Shown here: one piece after another, positions 48,674-62,984 of the stretch
Layout: each line of letters begins with the position of its first letter
How positions within the stretch are numbered: the stretch's first letter is position 1
Source of the DNA: Lama guanicoe
Lineage: Eukaryota
Length of the DNA stretch: 64,000 bases
Direction of reading: 5' to 3'
NCBI GenBank assembly: GCA_013239625.1
Contig: MU054212.1
Location: forward strand, 1,364,001-1,428,000
The notes under the pieces: model-generated
Told to the model about the DNA's origin: nothing
The model's input: the letters and a program-made list of their open reading frames with translations, nothing else
Databases searched by the model: none
Program-made: the position numbers and the translations under genes

Positions 48674-51600
48674 TCCAAGAGGAGGAATTCCTTCTCTAGG
48701 AATCCCTCAAAATCCCTTAGGACTGTAAGTATAGAAGTTTTTCTGTGCCTATTTCATTAGTGTCATTTGCTAACTTTTCCTTTGTAAAAATATTAAATTA
48801 TTGGCTTTTTAAAAAATCACTGCATTTCAAGACATCCAAAATTTATAAAAAAAAATCTTCCCTGAAATTCATTGAAAAAGAATAATTCTCTCCTTAACTT
48901 TCACACAAACAAACCTATGCCCATCTTGCCTAAACTATTATTTTATTGGCATTTCTTTTATCTGCTCTTTACATTCCTCAGGGATTCCCCCAAATAGCTG
49001 TTTATTTCTCATTGTAAGAGCCACATCCAAAGTATCAAAAACTATAATCGTTACTATTAGCTATAAAGTCATGATCCTCTAACTTCAAATAACTTTATAA
49101 AAACAGAATTTTCAACTTTTAAGTCTTTTTCTTGTTTAAGAAAGCACTACCTACTGGCTAGATTTGGTATTGGAGTCCAGCTCTAATTAATGTCCAGCCT
49201 CAAAGCAGCACAGAGCTTTGTTTTTGTGATTACATGATCAGCAAGTAAAAAGGGAAATTATTTTTATTATAAAGCAATTTCTAATTTCACACTACAGTGG
49301 ATGGCATGAGCCTAGTCACCTTTAAAATCTTTATCTTACTAAAATTTTTCATATCATTTTTTAAATCCCCTAGTCCTAAAATCTTGCTCTTAGGAGACAT
49401 GTCTTTATTATAATGGATGTTAAAGGAGAGGATAATGCACATTTGGTAAAAACTGCTCTATGGTCAACTCTTCAGGACTAAATCTATCTCATAAATGTGG
49501 ACATTATTTATGATTCATAAAATAAACCTATTTCTGTAAATCTCAGCTGTTTGTTAAAAAAAAGGCTAAATGTTAGCAATGATATGATTGTTAGATTTAT
49601 ATAACATTTTGAGAAAGGAGAGTCCCAGATATTGTTGATGAAGATTATTCTTTCATTCCATCTCTATCATCATTGTTTGTTTCACTTACTAAAATTCTAT
49701 GAGGTTTTGCTACGCAACTTGAAAAAGAGACATTTGTTCTGGAAAAGAAAAGCTGGGGAGAAAGAACAAAAAATAAGTGGCTAATAATGTATATTTATCT
49801 TCCTGGCTTATGTTTGAGCTCCACCAGAGAGAGGAATCAGGACCAGAAGTTGATAGATTTTACATGAGGACTACCTTCCAGGCAAGAGGTGATCCCAGAA
49901 GTTGATAAAACATTTCGAGAGAGACTTTGTGATTCTCTTGGCATAACAGAGCTGCCTTGGTGTCAAAACATGATGCAGAGCTAGGAGGGAAGCCATTCTC
50001 CTCCACTCTGTGAGGAGCCTAGTGCTGTCTGACAGCCAGGTCTGGCCAGCTGGGCTCCCCAGGGGAAGCACATCATATAGAGTCCAGGGTGACCACTGGA
50101 GTCTCCTGATGGGCACTGGCAGCACTGGGCCTTTCCCTCCCAGGGGCTTCATGTGTGGTGGACAAGGACAGAGGACAGCTGGAGATGGAAAATAGGGCGG
50201 TCACCTCATGCTGACTGCAGCTGACAGACTGGTTTGTGGGCATGTATGAGGGCATCTCTTTAGGGACTGTGGGAAATGACAGGACAGGTACAAGGCCACT
50301 GTCTGGAAATCAGATGGATGTGGGGTAATTGTAATTTTGTTTCTAAAATAATTAAATCCCTATGTATAGTAAAATATATATTTATGCTTATACATAAATA
50401 TATTTAAAATAGTCACGGGCTACTGAGGCCTGAGGTATTTGTACAGTATCTACTAGTGTAACTAGCAGCTTCAACAGTAACCCACTGTACCAGGGGAACA
50501 GGTGTAACTGGACAATTACCACCTTTGAACAAAAGGGGACAGAGCATGGAACACATTCTGGCTTCTCTATTCCAATTCCATCCCAGATTGGGTGGGATGG
50601 AGAAGGGGTGTAAACACAGGTAGAGGGGCCGAGTAGAATTTTTTTCAAACTCATGCCTGTAGCTTAACTGTTTACTTCTAGAAGTTACCTGGGCATTGAT
50701 CTGGGTTAATGTGGGACTTGCCTCATCCCTTCTGAAAAGCACACATTATTTTTCACAATAGCCTGTCAGATGTCTAAAGCCAGAGAAGAACAGAGACAGG
50801 AAATGAAAGGTGATGAAGCCACAGACTCTGGCCGCTGCTATTCTCTGCACATCTGCGCTGCTTCTCCACACAGGCTGACTTCAATGGAAGCTCTGTGCCT
50901 GCAGAGCTGCCCAGGGACCTGGCCTCCTCACCCCTCATCACGTTTTGAGGTGGGCAACACCAGCTTTTGAATCAGGAAGCAATTTTAAAATCAGTCATGT
51001 TTTGATCCCGCGAGCCTGGTTTCATCTGATTAATAAGCTATACTTTTAAGGCCCTACCCATTTGCTTCCCTTGGTAGCTCCCCTCCCCAAACTCATCCTC
51101 CAAGTGTCTGCAAACAGGACGCTGTTTTCCCCTGTGACCCAGCCCAGCAACAGGATGCAGCGCAGCCTTACCCAGGAGGACTAGCCTGGTGCAGGTCTGA
51201 CCTTGCCAGGAGGAATTTCTGTCTCCAGCTGGAATTCCCTTCCCGTCTACCTCCAGGCCTTTCCTGCTGGCCACGCTCCCCTTTGACCACCCTGAATAAA
51301 TCTTCCCTGCATCCCTGACAGCTGCTGATTTGGCTTCTTTCTTATTTTTTTTAATTGAAAGTAAACCTTCAAAGCGGCCCAGCCACCTGAGAAGCTCCGC
51401 TGAGCGCTGCAGCTGGGCCAGCGAACCTCAAACAGAAGTGGTGCATTTACCCAGTCCCCCTCCTGCCCTGGGGGCGTGGAGAGGGTAGGAATCACAGGGC
51501 TTTGTGGGCTGCCAGGGCCACTCAGCTTTCAATTTAGCTTTTGCATTTAGAAGGGAATGTGGGCACGGATGGAGTGGCTGTGTAACTGGAAAGATGGAGA

Positions 51601-51949
51601 GAGGCGATGGCAGAGGGAGGAAGGAAGGTAGTAGGAGTGGGTGGAGGGAGAGAGTGCTGTGGAGGGAGGTGTGAGTTTGCACGCAGCATGCAAGTTCAAT
51701 TTATTTATAAGAGAAATATGGGGGTGTCTTTGTGCTGCCTAGTTAGACCATTGGGAGTACTTTGCAGAAGGAAATTAATTTAAAAAGGCATATTGAAATT
51801 TAATAATTGGTTTGTAACACAGAAAGCACAATGCAAAGGATGGCACAGAGTTAGGAGTCAAGAGTCCTAGATTTCATGCTAGGGTCTTCTCTTAATTACC
51901 TTGCATTTTAAGCTGGTCATTGAGGTCTCTATATCTTCCCTCCAACCCA

Positions 51950-53620
51950 GACAAATTTTTACTATAAAGGATTTTAAATATTCAGAAAGTTTGAAAAAAT
52001 AACAGATGTTTATATCCACTACTCAGATTCAACAATGGTTTCCTTTTTTTCCATATTTGTTTTATCTTTATCTCTATGTCTATGTATATACATTCTCTCT
52101 CTCATATGCATGCACACACACACTCTTATACCTTTTGCTGAATCATCTGAAAGTAAGTCACAGACATCATGACAACTCACCTCTCTAAATACCCCAGCAG
52201 GCATTTCCTAATAAGGACATTCTTCAACATAACCATGATATAATCATTACACCTAAGAAAATTAATTTCCTAATAACATTTAATGATCAGTCCATATTAA
52301 AACTTCTCCAATTGACTCCAAACTACCTTAGATAACTGTCTTTTGTTTTGAACCAGGAGCCAATCAAGACTTACCCATAAATTTGGTTGTTAGATCTTAT
52401 TAGTCTCCTGCTCTCTTCTCTCGCTGAGATAGAACCTACATTCAAAGTATACAAATCTTAAATGTATACCTTGATGAATTTTTAAAAATTAGACTTTTAT
52501 AGTGGTTTTAGACCTTGATAAATTTTTTTGTTACATAAATACAACCCTATGGAAGCAGTAGCCAGAACGAAAAATAGAATGTTTCCATCACCCCCGAAGA
52601 AGGTTTCCTCATGCCCTTTCCCTGACAATATCTCCTCCTCAACATCCCTCAGAAGGGGTGAGGATTTAAAATGACTGGGACTCAAAGATTTTGGGTTGGA
52701 AGTGTAAACTGGTTCAAACACGGAGGAAAACTGTTTACCAGTACCTAATAAATTTCAACATATACTGACTTTATGATCTAGCAACTCTAATCTTCAGTAT
52801 ATACTCAAGGGAAATGATTGCAAATGACGCTAAAATACCTCTACAAGAATGCTTGTAGTAACTCGATGACTCATTTCTCCAAACCAGAACTGTCCCACGT
52901 GTCCATCAATAGGAAAATGGATTAACACACTGTGGAATATTTGTACAAAGGAATATGACACAGTAATATAAAGGAGAGAAACTGAATTATGCAACAGCTT
53001 GGGTGAAGCTCAGATACTATGCTGAGCAAAATGAAACTTGCTACAGAGAGTCCCTGTATGAATCTTTGTAGGTGAAGGTGAAAAATGGGCAAAAATCATC
53101 TACTGTGAGGTGAAGTCATTAGTTTCCTTTAATTAATGACCATAATTTTATAATTTTTTTTGAAGAAATTAGGTGATCTGTTTTGTAGAATGTCTCACAT
53201 TCTGGATTTGTCTGACATCATTTATCTTCACAACTAAAGATCCATAAGAGAACTGGGTTGTATTGTCTTAAGGTACCTGTTTTACTTAACAAAGTTCTAT
53301 CCTGTGCATCTAGAATGGGTACTAGTTATGTTCCATTCTTGGGAGAATCGAGTAAATCATCATTCAACTCATTTTCTGTGATCTATGGTTCAGTTGGGGA
53401 ACCCCAGTTGAGAAAGGCTTACTGAAACTTGGGTCTTTAGGCTGATTCGAGTCAAGTTAAACATTGGTTGGCAAGAACATTTTACAGGTGGGACTGTGTA
53501 CTTCCTACTGTATCATGCTGAGAGGCACTTAACGTCAGCTTGTCCCACTATTAGAGATGTGGATACAGAAGTCCATCACTTGGTTAAGGTGGTGACAGCC
53601 AGGTCTCTCCATTGTGAAGG
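51950..53620. mobile_element. L1MC (-) split by inserted L1M fragments at about 52420-53120
   Basis: aaggacattcttcaacataaccat, ttttgtagaatgtctcacattctggatttgtctga, gtccatcaataggaaaatggattaa. Confidence 0.7.
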
Positions 53621-54291
53621 ACGTTTTCCCAAGCCTCTACCGCTTAACAACCTCATTTGTCAACACGAAGCACTCATAGGTCAGTATCTCCCACTTGGTG
53701 GAATAGTTTCTTCCTGCAAATTGGCTGGAAGGCAAAATTGCTCAAAGCAAAGTGGTTATTTCACCTGTAGAGCTTCACCTTAAAATGGGAGCTTCATACC
53801 ACGGAAAATATATCTTAACTATAAAAGAACATTTCTAATCTTTGAGATTTTTAGGTAACAAATGAATTCCCTCCCTACTTGAGATAGTTTGATAAACACA
53901 ACATTTTGGTTTTTAAAATTGCTTAGATTTAGGACACATTATATTGCATTTATATGCACTTTGGTGGTGATATGGTGTTTAAATCATTGGCAGAAACTAA
54001 ATTAAGGATTTCATGTATATACCTAGATTTTAGACTCAGAAGTGATGTGCTTCAAAACATTTTATAGTTTAAAAAATTATTCTTAAGAAATCACTTCTGT
54101 ATTCTTACTTGAAGAGAGAGTGGGTTTAAGTATGATTATCCACTGGCTTCAAGGGAAAGAAATAATTTCAAGTGACTTAGATTTTGGTGCTCGAATACTC
54201 ACACCAACCCAAAAGAGTTTGGTGAAGAAAGTAAACAGTCTCACTTACTAGCTGAGTAACCATGGCCAACCCACTCTAAGCCTTGACATCC

Positions 54292-54768
54292 TGTGGCAGA
54301 TTAAAGATGGCCACAAATCAGCTGATGTCCTTCTCTTTCAGAGGCTGCGTCCATGTCCGCTCCCCTTGAATACTGGTGGGCTCTGTGACTGCTTTGACCT
54401 ATAGAATACAGCTCAAGTGATGATATGCTGGTTTGTGGACCCAAGCCTTAGACTGGGCGATTCCACATCCTGTCTTTTGGAACACCTGCTTTTGAAATCT
54501 AGCCACCATGCTGCAGGAAGCCCAAGCAGCATGGCAGAGGGGCCCATGTGGACAAGAACTCTTAACCAACATACCAGCACCAACTATTCTTGGGAGTAGA
54601 TGCTCTAGTCCTCACTGAGCCACCCCAGCTAATGCTATGAGAGAAAGAGATGGCCAACCCTGCCAAGCACTGCCCATAACTGCAGACGGGCAAGTAAAGT
54701 GAGTGAGTGTTCTTCTCAAACCACTAGGTTTTGGAGTAATTTGTTATTCAGCGAAGATAACTGCAATA
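54292..54768 (+). mobile_element. MLT1F-like solo LTR inserted in a MIR
   Basis: tgtggcagattaaagatggccacaaa start; ccactaggttttggagtaatttgttattcagc near the end. Confidence 0.8.
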
Positions 54769-56321
54769 ACCCTCATTTGCAATATGCTGATAAAACCTCT
54801 TGTTTTGTACACACAGAGAGGGACCAATAGGACAGAGTATATATAAAAGTGCTTTGCCAACTATAAAACAATTCTATACCAATGTAAGATGATAATCTCT
54901 GAAGTAATCAACAGAATGGAAGGATGCTGCAAATATTACTGCCCTGAAATTGGCATATTACTCTAATTCCTACTGACTCCATCTCCTGAGGTTAAAACAG
55001 AACCGGTCACTTTTTCTTCATTATGGTAAATATACTTAAAAACGGTTCACGTGGTAAATTTTAAGTCTACAGTTTAGTGACATTAAGGACATTCACACTG
55101 TTGCACAACCATCAGCATCATCCATCATCAGAATTCCAGTTACTTTTGATAAGAGAATGTATCTTCTTAACAAGTGTAATTTTCTATTCTAGTTTTGAAG
55201 TGAAGCTTCATTCCTTAAATCATCTCAGCACTGTCTATGAGGATGATGATTTAAGGAATGAGCTCATGTGCTATAAAGATAGGTTTCCAGAGAGACAGTA
55301 AAGAATCTTGTAGCCTGCAATCTACAATGGAACCTGAGAACATCCCCTTCCTTCCCAGAGCCCATTTCTTTCCTGCAGAAATTCTATTAGCCATTAGTTA
55401 GCATGGGGATGGGGGAATATTTAGAGAGAAGTGAGCACTTGTTAAAAAGGGCCAAGAGAGCAAGTTTTCAAAGCTAGAACACTCCAACGAAACTGTTTTA
55501 TATATATGCAGGCCCCTCTGGAGTTCACACACATACTTACACAGGGACCCCACCTGGACATAATTAGTTTCCCTGCGTTCAGAGCGGAGACAACACGGAA
55601 GAAAATGATGGCAAAAAACTGAGCAGTCTGTCATGATCTGCACTGCACAATTACAGCAGCGTGCTTTCTGTAAGAATTATGTAACACAGATGACATGGTA
55701 TTTAGATAGCCAGGACTGGAAAACCATCTGGTGATGTTTGACTTTATTACTATTCTGTTTCTTGCATTGTATACTTTGGGATGGAAGTCATAGGAAGGTA
55801 AAGAGGAAATGCTCTTGGTTGAGCTTTAAGAAGATCTTTTATCTACTTGCAAATTAAAATGTCTGGGCAGGAGTTTCAATTCTAAGCAAGCAGAATCCTC
55901 AGGGATTTAGGACCACAATATAAGCAGACAAAGACTGGGCGGACCCATTAGTCACAGCCGCACGTACAGGGCTGGATAAGAGTAAATGATGAAACAAATG
56001 AGAATATATCCTCTGAAGCCTTACATGACCATAGTCCGTCTCTCTCCTCTGGGCCCTAAATGCTCAGAACAGCACCCGGCTCCTCTCCACTGCGTCCATT
56101 TTATCGGGACGCTCACCATCCTCCTTTCTAGGAGGATGCATGTTGAAACTAGGCCTGCGTTTCCCTCACCAGATGATTTCCGTGTTTACCCAACCAGCGC
56201 TCACTGACCAACCACGGGGTGCCTAGTTTCTTGGAGGTCACACAGGAATAACTAAAGATAATTTAAGAGAAAATCAAGAGAGAGATGCTCACAGACAACA
56301 ATAAGGGTAGGATAATGACTG

Positions 56322-56843
56322 TATTACCGAACCAGGTTCCTCTTGTCTGACGCGCAGCAAGCACACACGACGCTGAGACGCCGAGGTCTGCAGCAAAGCA
56401 GTGGTGTATCCACAAGGCAGCCAAGGAGAGGGGAGACCAAATCTCAAATCCGCCTTCCCCAAGGCAAGGAGCTGGGTTATTCACGGGATAAAGAATAAAG
56501 CAGGCGTGAGGTCTGAGGTGTGGCTACCGCGGGAAAGAGGGCAGGGAAAAGGCGGGAATCTTCCTTCCGTGCAGGAGTAACTGGGCTTCCGGCGTCTGCA
56601 CGTTCAAGGCGGTGCTGAGCAGACGCTCGCGCATGCCCATTGGGAGGGTAGGCGGTCCTATCCGGTCTCAACCGGCTCAGCTGGAACTAGGCGCTGCTGG
56701 AACTAGGCGCAGCTGAGGAGAAGCTCTAGAAAACAACCTGGGCCAACGGCTTTGTTTAGGTCACTGCCGCCTGAGGGACAGACCAGTCTTAAAACGACCT
56801 TGATAAGTGAAGGCAGGTGAAGTGGGTTTTACCCACGGTTTCA
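56322..56843 (-). mobile_element. CpG-rich ERV1-class solo LTR
   Basis: Minus strand reads tgaaaccgtggg...gaacctggttcggtaata (cggtaaca-type LTR end); internal 16-bp-period duplication at 56680-56710. Confidence 0.65.
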
Positions 56844-58345
56844 AATGGAGTCGCTGAGACGCGGCAGACGGGACCTGGGGTGTCTGAGGCGGAGTTACAA
56901 TCACTGGAAGCTCTTCCAGGCAGAGCACAGCACCCGCGCCTCTGGTAGAATTTTCACGAAGGTGATAGTTTGCTGTCTGCCCCCCGGGATGCCTGCCTTA
57001 GGGGCTAAGGGCCAGGTTCCAGCGGCGTTTCCTGGGCGCCTGTCAGTTCCCAGACCGCCAGCTGACCGCTGCCAGCTGCCACGCTCCTCCGTCACAGCCC
57101 GGGGAGACGGCGTCATCCCGCCTCAGAGATGAAGGGAAGAGGCCCCCGCTCCTGCAGACCCCCGTGCAAGGCCGAATGGTGAGCGGGGCTTCAGGTGCGT
57201 GTGTTTATTCAGGGTGTGCTCTTTAGCAAAACTTAAAACTTTAGAGGAGACAGGGTGGCAGGAGACGGACGGAAGGAGCTGAAGAAAGTGTCTTCTCAGC
57301 TCAAATTCAGCCCTGACCTGCTGCTGGGGGAGGGCTGGGGACAGGGACTCTGGAGCCTAACTCTGACGAGAAGTTGTCCCTCTGGGGCCAAGAAGCTGGG
57401 CTTTTTATCCCAGAATTGGTCATTGGCAAGGTGGGGAGGGGCCATGGGTATGGAAGAGCTCACCCTCCAGGCTCTTAGTCAACACGATGGCGACTGGTGG
57501 GGTCCCTTACCCAGGGAGCTGGTGGTTACCGGGCAACCAGTACCTGGAGGGTCCCACCTGAGCCCAGGTGTCCTGACTTCACCGCTCGCTTCCTGAGCCC
57601 GCACGCCCGCCACCCCAGCTTCCTCTGCTTTGTTCTCCTTACCAGATTCTGCGTCTCCCAGTGCCTGTCACGGTAACTGACCCAATCAACTTGCCTGTTA
57701 CAGAAATTAGTGGGAAGATGGAAAGCACTACATAAAGGTGGCCAATGTGAGAATTTAGAAGTGAACTCTGACTGGGTAAGGGAGAAGAAACAGGGATGGC
57801 CTCACAGAACAGCTGTTTTGAAAGTCAATTAAGAGGGGGAAAGGGAATTCTAAGCTGGGAGAAGGCACATGTTTTTGACACTTGGGAAATGAGTAAACCC
57901 CAAGGCTTAGTTTCAGGTATTTGGAAGGATACCCTGTGAAATGGGCCTGCAGGAATTATTTGGGTCAGATCATTGGAACTTTAAACAATATCCTTTTAAT
58001 TCTTTTAAAAAACATTAAATTTTATTCTTTTTTTCCATTTTCAGTTTTATTAGGTAAAATTATTACAGTTCGACTGTACATACACATTATATTGCATGTA
58101 AATACATATAAACAATTACTGCACATTTTTTTAGTTTACATGTATGTACTGATCATTGTTTCTAAGAACAGATTAGAGCTTTACCTTTTTAAACATCCAT
58201 AGTTATCAAAGGAGTAAAGCCAACTACAAAATAAGAATCAACAGAATGTGGTAATCCAATCATTAGGGACAGTCAAATACACTTTACAATTATTCAAGAA
58301 ATCAAATCATTTAAGTTATAAATAATAAGTAGTTCATTTGTGTCC

Positions 58346-58662
58346 TTATTATTATTATTATTTTAGATTCCTCATAAAAATGATGTCATATGCCATTTTT
58401 CTTTCTCTTTCCTGCCCACTTCACTTAGAATGACAATCTTCAGGTCCACCCATATTGCTATAAATAGTGATGATGGTTGCATAGTATTGCAGATGTACTA
58501 AATGACACTGAATTGTATACTTAAAATTGGTTAAAAGGGTGAATTGTACATTATATATATTTCACCAGAAGTTAAAAAATTAATACTGCAGTATAGCAAA
58601 ACCCATTTAAATTATACATTTAAAATGGGTGAATTGCATGTTATATGAATTATATCTCAATA
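58346..58662. mobile_element. L1 3' fragments joined head-to-head (possible 5'-inverted insertion)
   Basis: Antisense 3'UTR at 58346-58465, then sense 3' end to ctcaataaa. Confidence 0.55.
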
Positions 58663-59799
58663 AAGTAGTTGCTTATTCCTTAGGGACACTTTTCCTTAAC
58701 TCTGCATTCACGCTACAGGGACCATGAAAAACCTGAACCAGAAAAATAATAAAGTGTAAGTCATGGGGGAGGGAGATCTCTTCACAGCTTGAAGAGATTC
58801 AGATAATAACTCAGAAACTTACCATGGTTAAGAAGCTGAAAGCCATGGGATATGGCAGGGGAAGAGTGGGTGGTTCAGGATCATATTTTGTTTTGTATTG
58901 TATTTTTTTTGTATTGTTATGAGTAGGGTTATGCCACTGAAAGGCAGCTTTATTAGCATGAAGTTGTTTGGAGAGAGGTCACCATGTGTCACAGTTAAAT
59001 GGATTTGGGGTTGTTAAAGAGAGCCACCTTTTGGGTATCAACCTGAACGTTCACTGGCCTGAAAAGCAGCAATGTGAGTTTAAGTCTGATGAGCCATGCC
59101 ATCCTACTCTTCTCTCTGATGCCATGTCTGGGATGGAGGGTGATTGATTTTTTTGAAATGTGCATTTGGAGTTACAAGGAAGGCCATCCAGAGTGTCCAC
59201 AATGTCACTGGAGGAGACAAAACCATCCATCCATTCAGTGGCAGCACAAAGCCGCCTACACCAAGAAAACAGCAATACATCCCCAAACAGATCAAACAGA
59301 TGCTCATCAATCTGGTGCAAGCTGCAGGTTGCCTGACTAAATTACTGTCGAATAGGCGGACGGGCACAATTTGTCAGTCAGCATTGAGTTTAAATGAGCA
59401 GAGATGCACATAAAGCCAGCAATACAATTGTAATTAAGAATTATAGGCATCAAGTTTCAACTAGTGCTTTCTTAAGGTAGCAGTGACTGAGCTCTAGGAA
59501 GCATATGAGGGATCCAGAGCAGAATTAAAGCCAGGGCATGGTCTACATGGAGCCCTCTACAATTTAAGCAGCTTGTCATGTAGGAAAGTGATGTGTAGAT
59601 GGTGAAGAATCCATGAGAATGCAGGCTTTGTTTTTCCTGTTTGATTTTTAAAATAAATTACATATTGAAGAGTGAATAATGATGATGATAATAAAGGGAT
59701 GCTCTTGCACCTGCCGTTCAGATTAAGAAATAGAACATCTTGATCTATTTTAATGGTGGTTGAAATCATTGTGAGAATTGACGTATCTCTGGAGACTGA

Positions 59800-61260
59800 G
59801 TGAAGTGGAATTTAGTAAATGTTCAGTGCTGACAATGAGTTGGTGCCAGGACATACAAAGATGAATAAAAACAGGCTTACATCAGAGTGTTTATAGTCTA
59901 GAAGGGAGAATAAGCTGATAACACAGTTAGCTGTGCATCCCATGATTTCACAGGAAGAGTAGACATCTCCTAAGAGAGAGACGCAGCACTGTAGGGGTTC
60001 AAAAGAGGTTGGATCAGGTTGGATGGGGAGATCTGTGAGGGGATGAGCTCAGAGAAACCTTTGTGAACAAAGTGGCATCTGAGCAGACATGAGATGAGAG
60101 AGGGTGGGAGGGAGGGCATTTTGAGTGAAGGGACTTCACGCAAGTGAAGACAAGAAAGTCTCAGACATAGACTATAAAATAAACCATTAATTAATTTGTC
60201 TAGAATAAGGGAATAGTAGAATACAAGATTGGACCACTGTCCTGAGTCAGTATTTTACAAGATTTCCATGTCTTTAGGAAACATTTCATCCTTGAAGGGC
60301 TAACTTTCCTTGTCACCTGAAAACTCAGGACTAGCACACCTGAGTCAATCCTACTTAGGAGGACATGGGAGAGAAGATTAGGATTTTGGCTATTCATTTT
60401 CTGTTCTGACTTATTAATAGCACCACACATTTATTTGGGCAAACACCTCTTCCCTAGTAATAGCCTATGTCATATGGCATGGGTTTGACTTTATTTTTTA
60501 GCTCTAGGTTTAAACCTCCTAGCTATAATTGATTGGTTCAGATAAAGGCAAGTGACCTAGCTAAGTCCAATGAGAGCAAGGCCCAGGGTTTTGGGGAGAC
60601 TGTAAGGAAGCTGAACATTTTCTTCCCTGCTGAACCTAAATCTCAGAGACTGTGACAGCTAGGGCTTCTGCAGCCATCTTATTATCATCATGTGTGGAGA
60701 ACCTGGCTCAGAGTGAAGTCAACGTATTGAGGAAAGGTCAATATTCAATATTTCTGAAGGGTATGCCATGGACACCAGCTATCATGCTGTACTGGAGCTC
60801 TGCCTGGAAGAACTCAGTTTTTTTTTTTTTAAAGCTTTACTTATGATGTATTCTCTCACACAAAAACACTATCATGTAATGGTCTCTCTATGATTTTTAT
60901 TTTTACATAACCTTGTCCTATTGCTCCTAAAACTATTTATAATGATTTCTTAATATCACCTAAAGCCCAGATTATATTCAGTTTTCCCCATTTTTAAAAA
61001 TTTGTTTCTTAATAGTTAATTTTCTTGAATCAAGATTTGAACAAAATTATGGTATTTTGTTGCTATTAAAAAGGAATCTTTGTGCTGGAAACTGTTAGAA
61101 ACAACTGATGCATGAAGTCATGAATTCAAGTCTTGGCCCCTTCACTATGTGACCTCAAATAATCCACTTAACCTCTTGACTTACCTCAGTATATTTAACT
61201 CAGAAGTTGTTGGGAAGATTCTCCAAAGTAGCAAATCATTAATATGTGAATACATGAAGT
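59800..61260. mobile_element. Cluster of L2, MLT1-like, L1MC and MIR fragments
   Basis: ttatagtctagaagggaga; gattggttcagataaaggcaagtgacc; tatgtgacctcaaataatccacttaacctct. Confidence 0.5.
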
Positions 61261-61267
61261 TACTTTG

Positions 61268-61770
61268 TGTGATGGTTAATTTTATAACAACTTGATTAGG
61301 CCACAGGGTGCCCAGATATTTGGCCAAACATTATTCTCAGTATTTCTGCAAAGGTGACTTAGATGAGTTTAACATCTAAATCAGTAGAGTAAGTGAAGCA
61401 GATTGCCCCCCCTGCATGGGTGGGCCTTGTCCAATCAGTTGAAGGCCTAAATAGAACAAAGAGGCTGAACTTCCCATGACAGAAAACTCTTCTTGCCTGA
61501 TGGCCTTTGAACTGGGACATTGGTTTTCTGCTGCCCTTTAACTTGAACTGAAACATTGGCTCTTCCTCATCTCAAGCCTACTGGTCTTCAGACTGGAACT
61601 ACACTATGACCTTCCTGGGTCTCCAGCTTGCTGGCTCACCCTACATATCTTAGGACTTGCTAGTCTCCATAATTGCATGAGGCAATTCCTTATAATAAAT
61701 ATCGTTATACAAACATAAATACCCACACACCCTATTGATTCTGTTTCTCTGGAGATACCTAACTAACACA
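61268..61770 (+). mobile_element. MLT2 (ERVL) solo LTR with a perfect 5-bp TSD
   Basis: tgtgatggttaatttt...ctaactaacaca; CTTTG on both sides (61263-61267 and 61771-61775). Confidence 0.9.
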
Positions 61771-62984
61771 CTTTGTAAGAAATGCCCACATTTCTCTGGC
61801 CAGTTGCCCCCATCTGCACAGTTCAAGGACATCGGCCCTCCCCTCTTTTCTCGTTCTTCCTCTGTTTTTTCTGAGCTTCCTGAGGAGGTTATTTTACCTG
61901 GGCTTATGAACAATCTCCTCACAAGCCTCTACTTGTTGCTGCCTGGCAAGCAGACAACCTACTTCAGGTGCTCTTGCCCTGTTCCCACTACCCAGAAGGC
62001 ACAAAATCCCAATGACTCTGAAGACTTACCACTTAAGTCTTATGTCTCATAAAGGTCTTCAAGAAAACATCCCCTCCAGCTTCTGCCTGCATCCTCTGCA
62101 GGGCTCAGACCTGTCCTGCAGGCTGGGCTCAGAGCTAACCCTATATTGCCACATCAATTTCAGCTTCTCTCCATCTGTGCTCCGTTACAGGCTCCATTCT
62201 TCTAGACAGAAAGATCCTTGGGGCTGCCTGGGGGCCAGCCAGACCCTTAATCTGCATTTCAGCTCATCTGTGACCTTGGCTCTAAGCCCCTCAGATAGTT
62301 GGAGCTCAATGTATATGTTCTCTCTTCCTTAGGTTTAGAAATGAGGTGTTGAGACAGGAATGTAGTCAGTCTTGCTCCTTTTATGAGTATGTTCAGTGAC
62401 TAACTCTGGTTATACAATCTAGGAAATATTTTATTTTCTGAGCGCATTTTTGGATATAACCCTCCAACTCCATGAAAATAACATAAATAACTGTTTTATG
62501 CTATTCTGTTTTTCAAAGTACATATTAGAGACATTTAAAATATATTGGGTTTGACCACATGAAGCTGTATTTATAGGTAAAAGGTGGTTAAGTATTGGTG
62601 ATCTCTTATGGCACAACTTAAGTGAGAATCATTTGTAAATGGGCCAGTTTAATTATCTGAAAGGGAAGAGAAAAGGATGGATTGGATGCAGCATTGTCTC
62701 TGGGATCCCTTGGTCTTCTCTCCTTCTAGCCATAGCTCCTCGCTAGCTCCTGTTTCCCTTGTTACAATTCTGCTTTCTAAAAACTCTGACCTGATCATCT
62801 AATCCAAGCCTACTCCATCAATAGACGCCTGAGTTATAATACCACCTTTCAGTTTTCCTTAGAAGGTCAACCATCAGCCTTAGGAGGATAGCAATCTGAT
62901 TAAGCTTATCATGCACTTAGGATGTGAATGACTGATAACTTTGTTTAGCGTTCTATAGTATCACTAGTGCCATTCACAAGTAGT

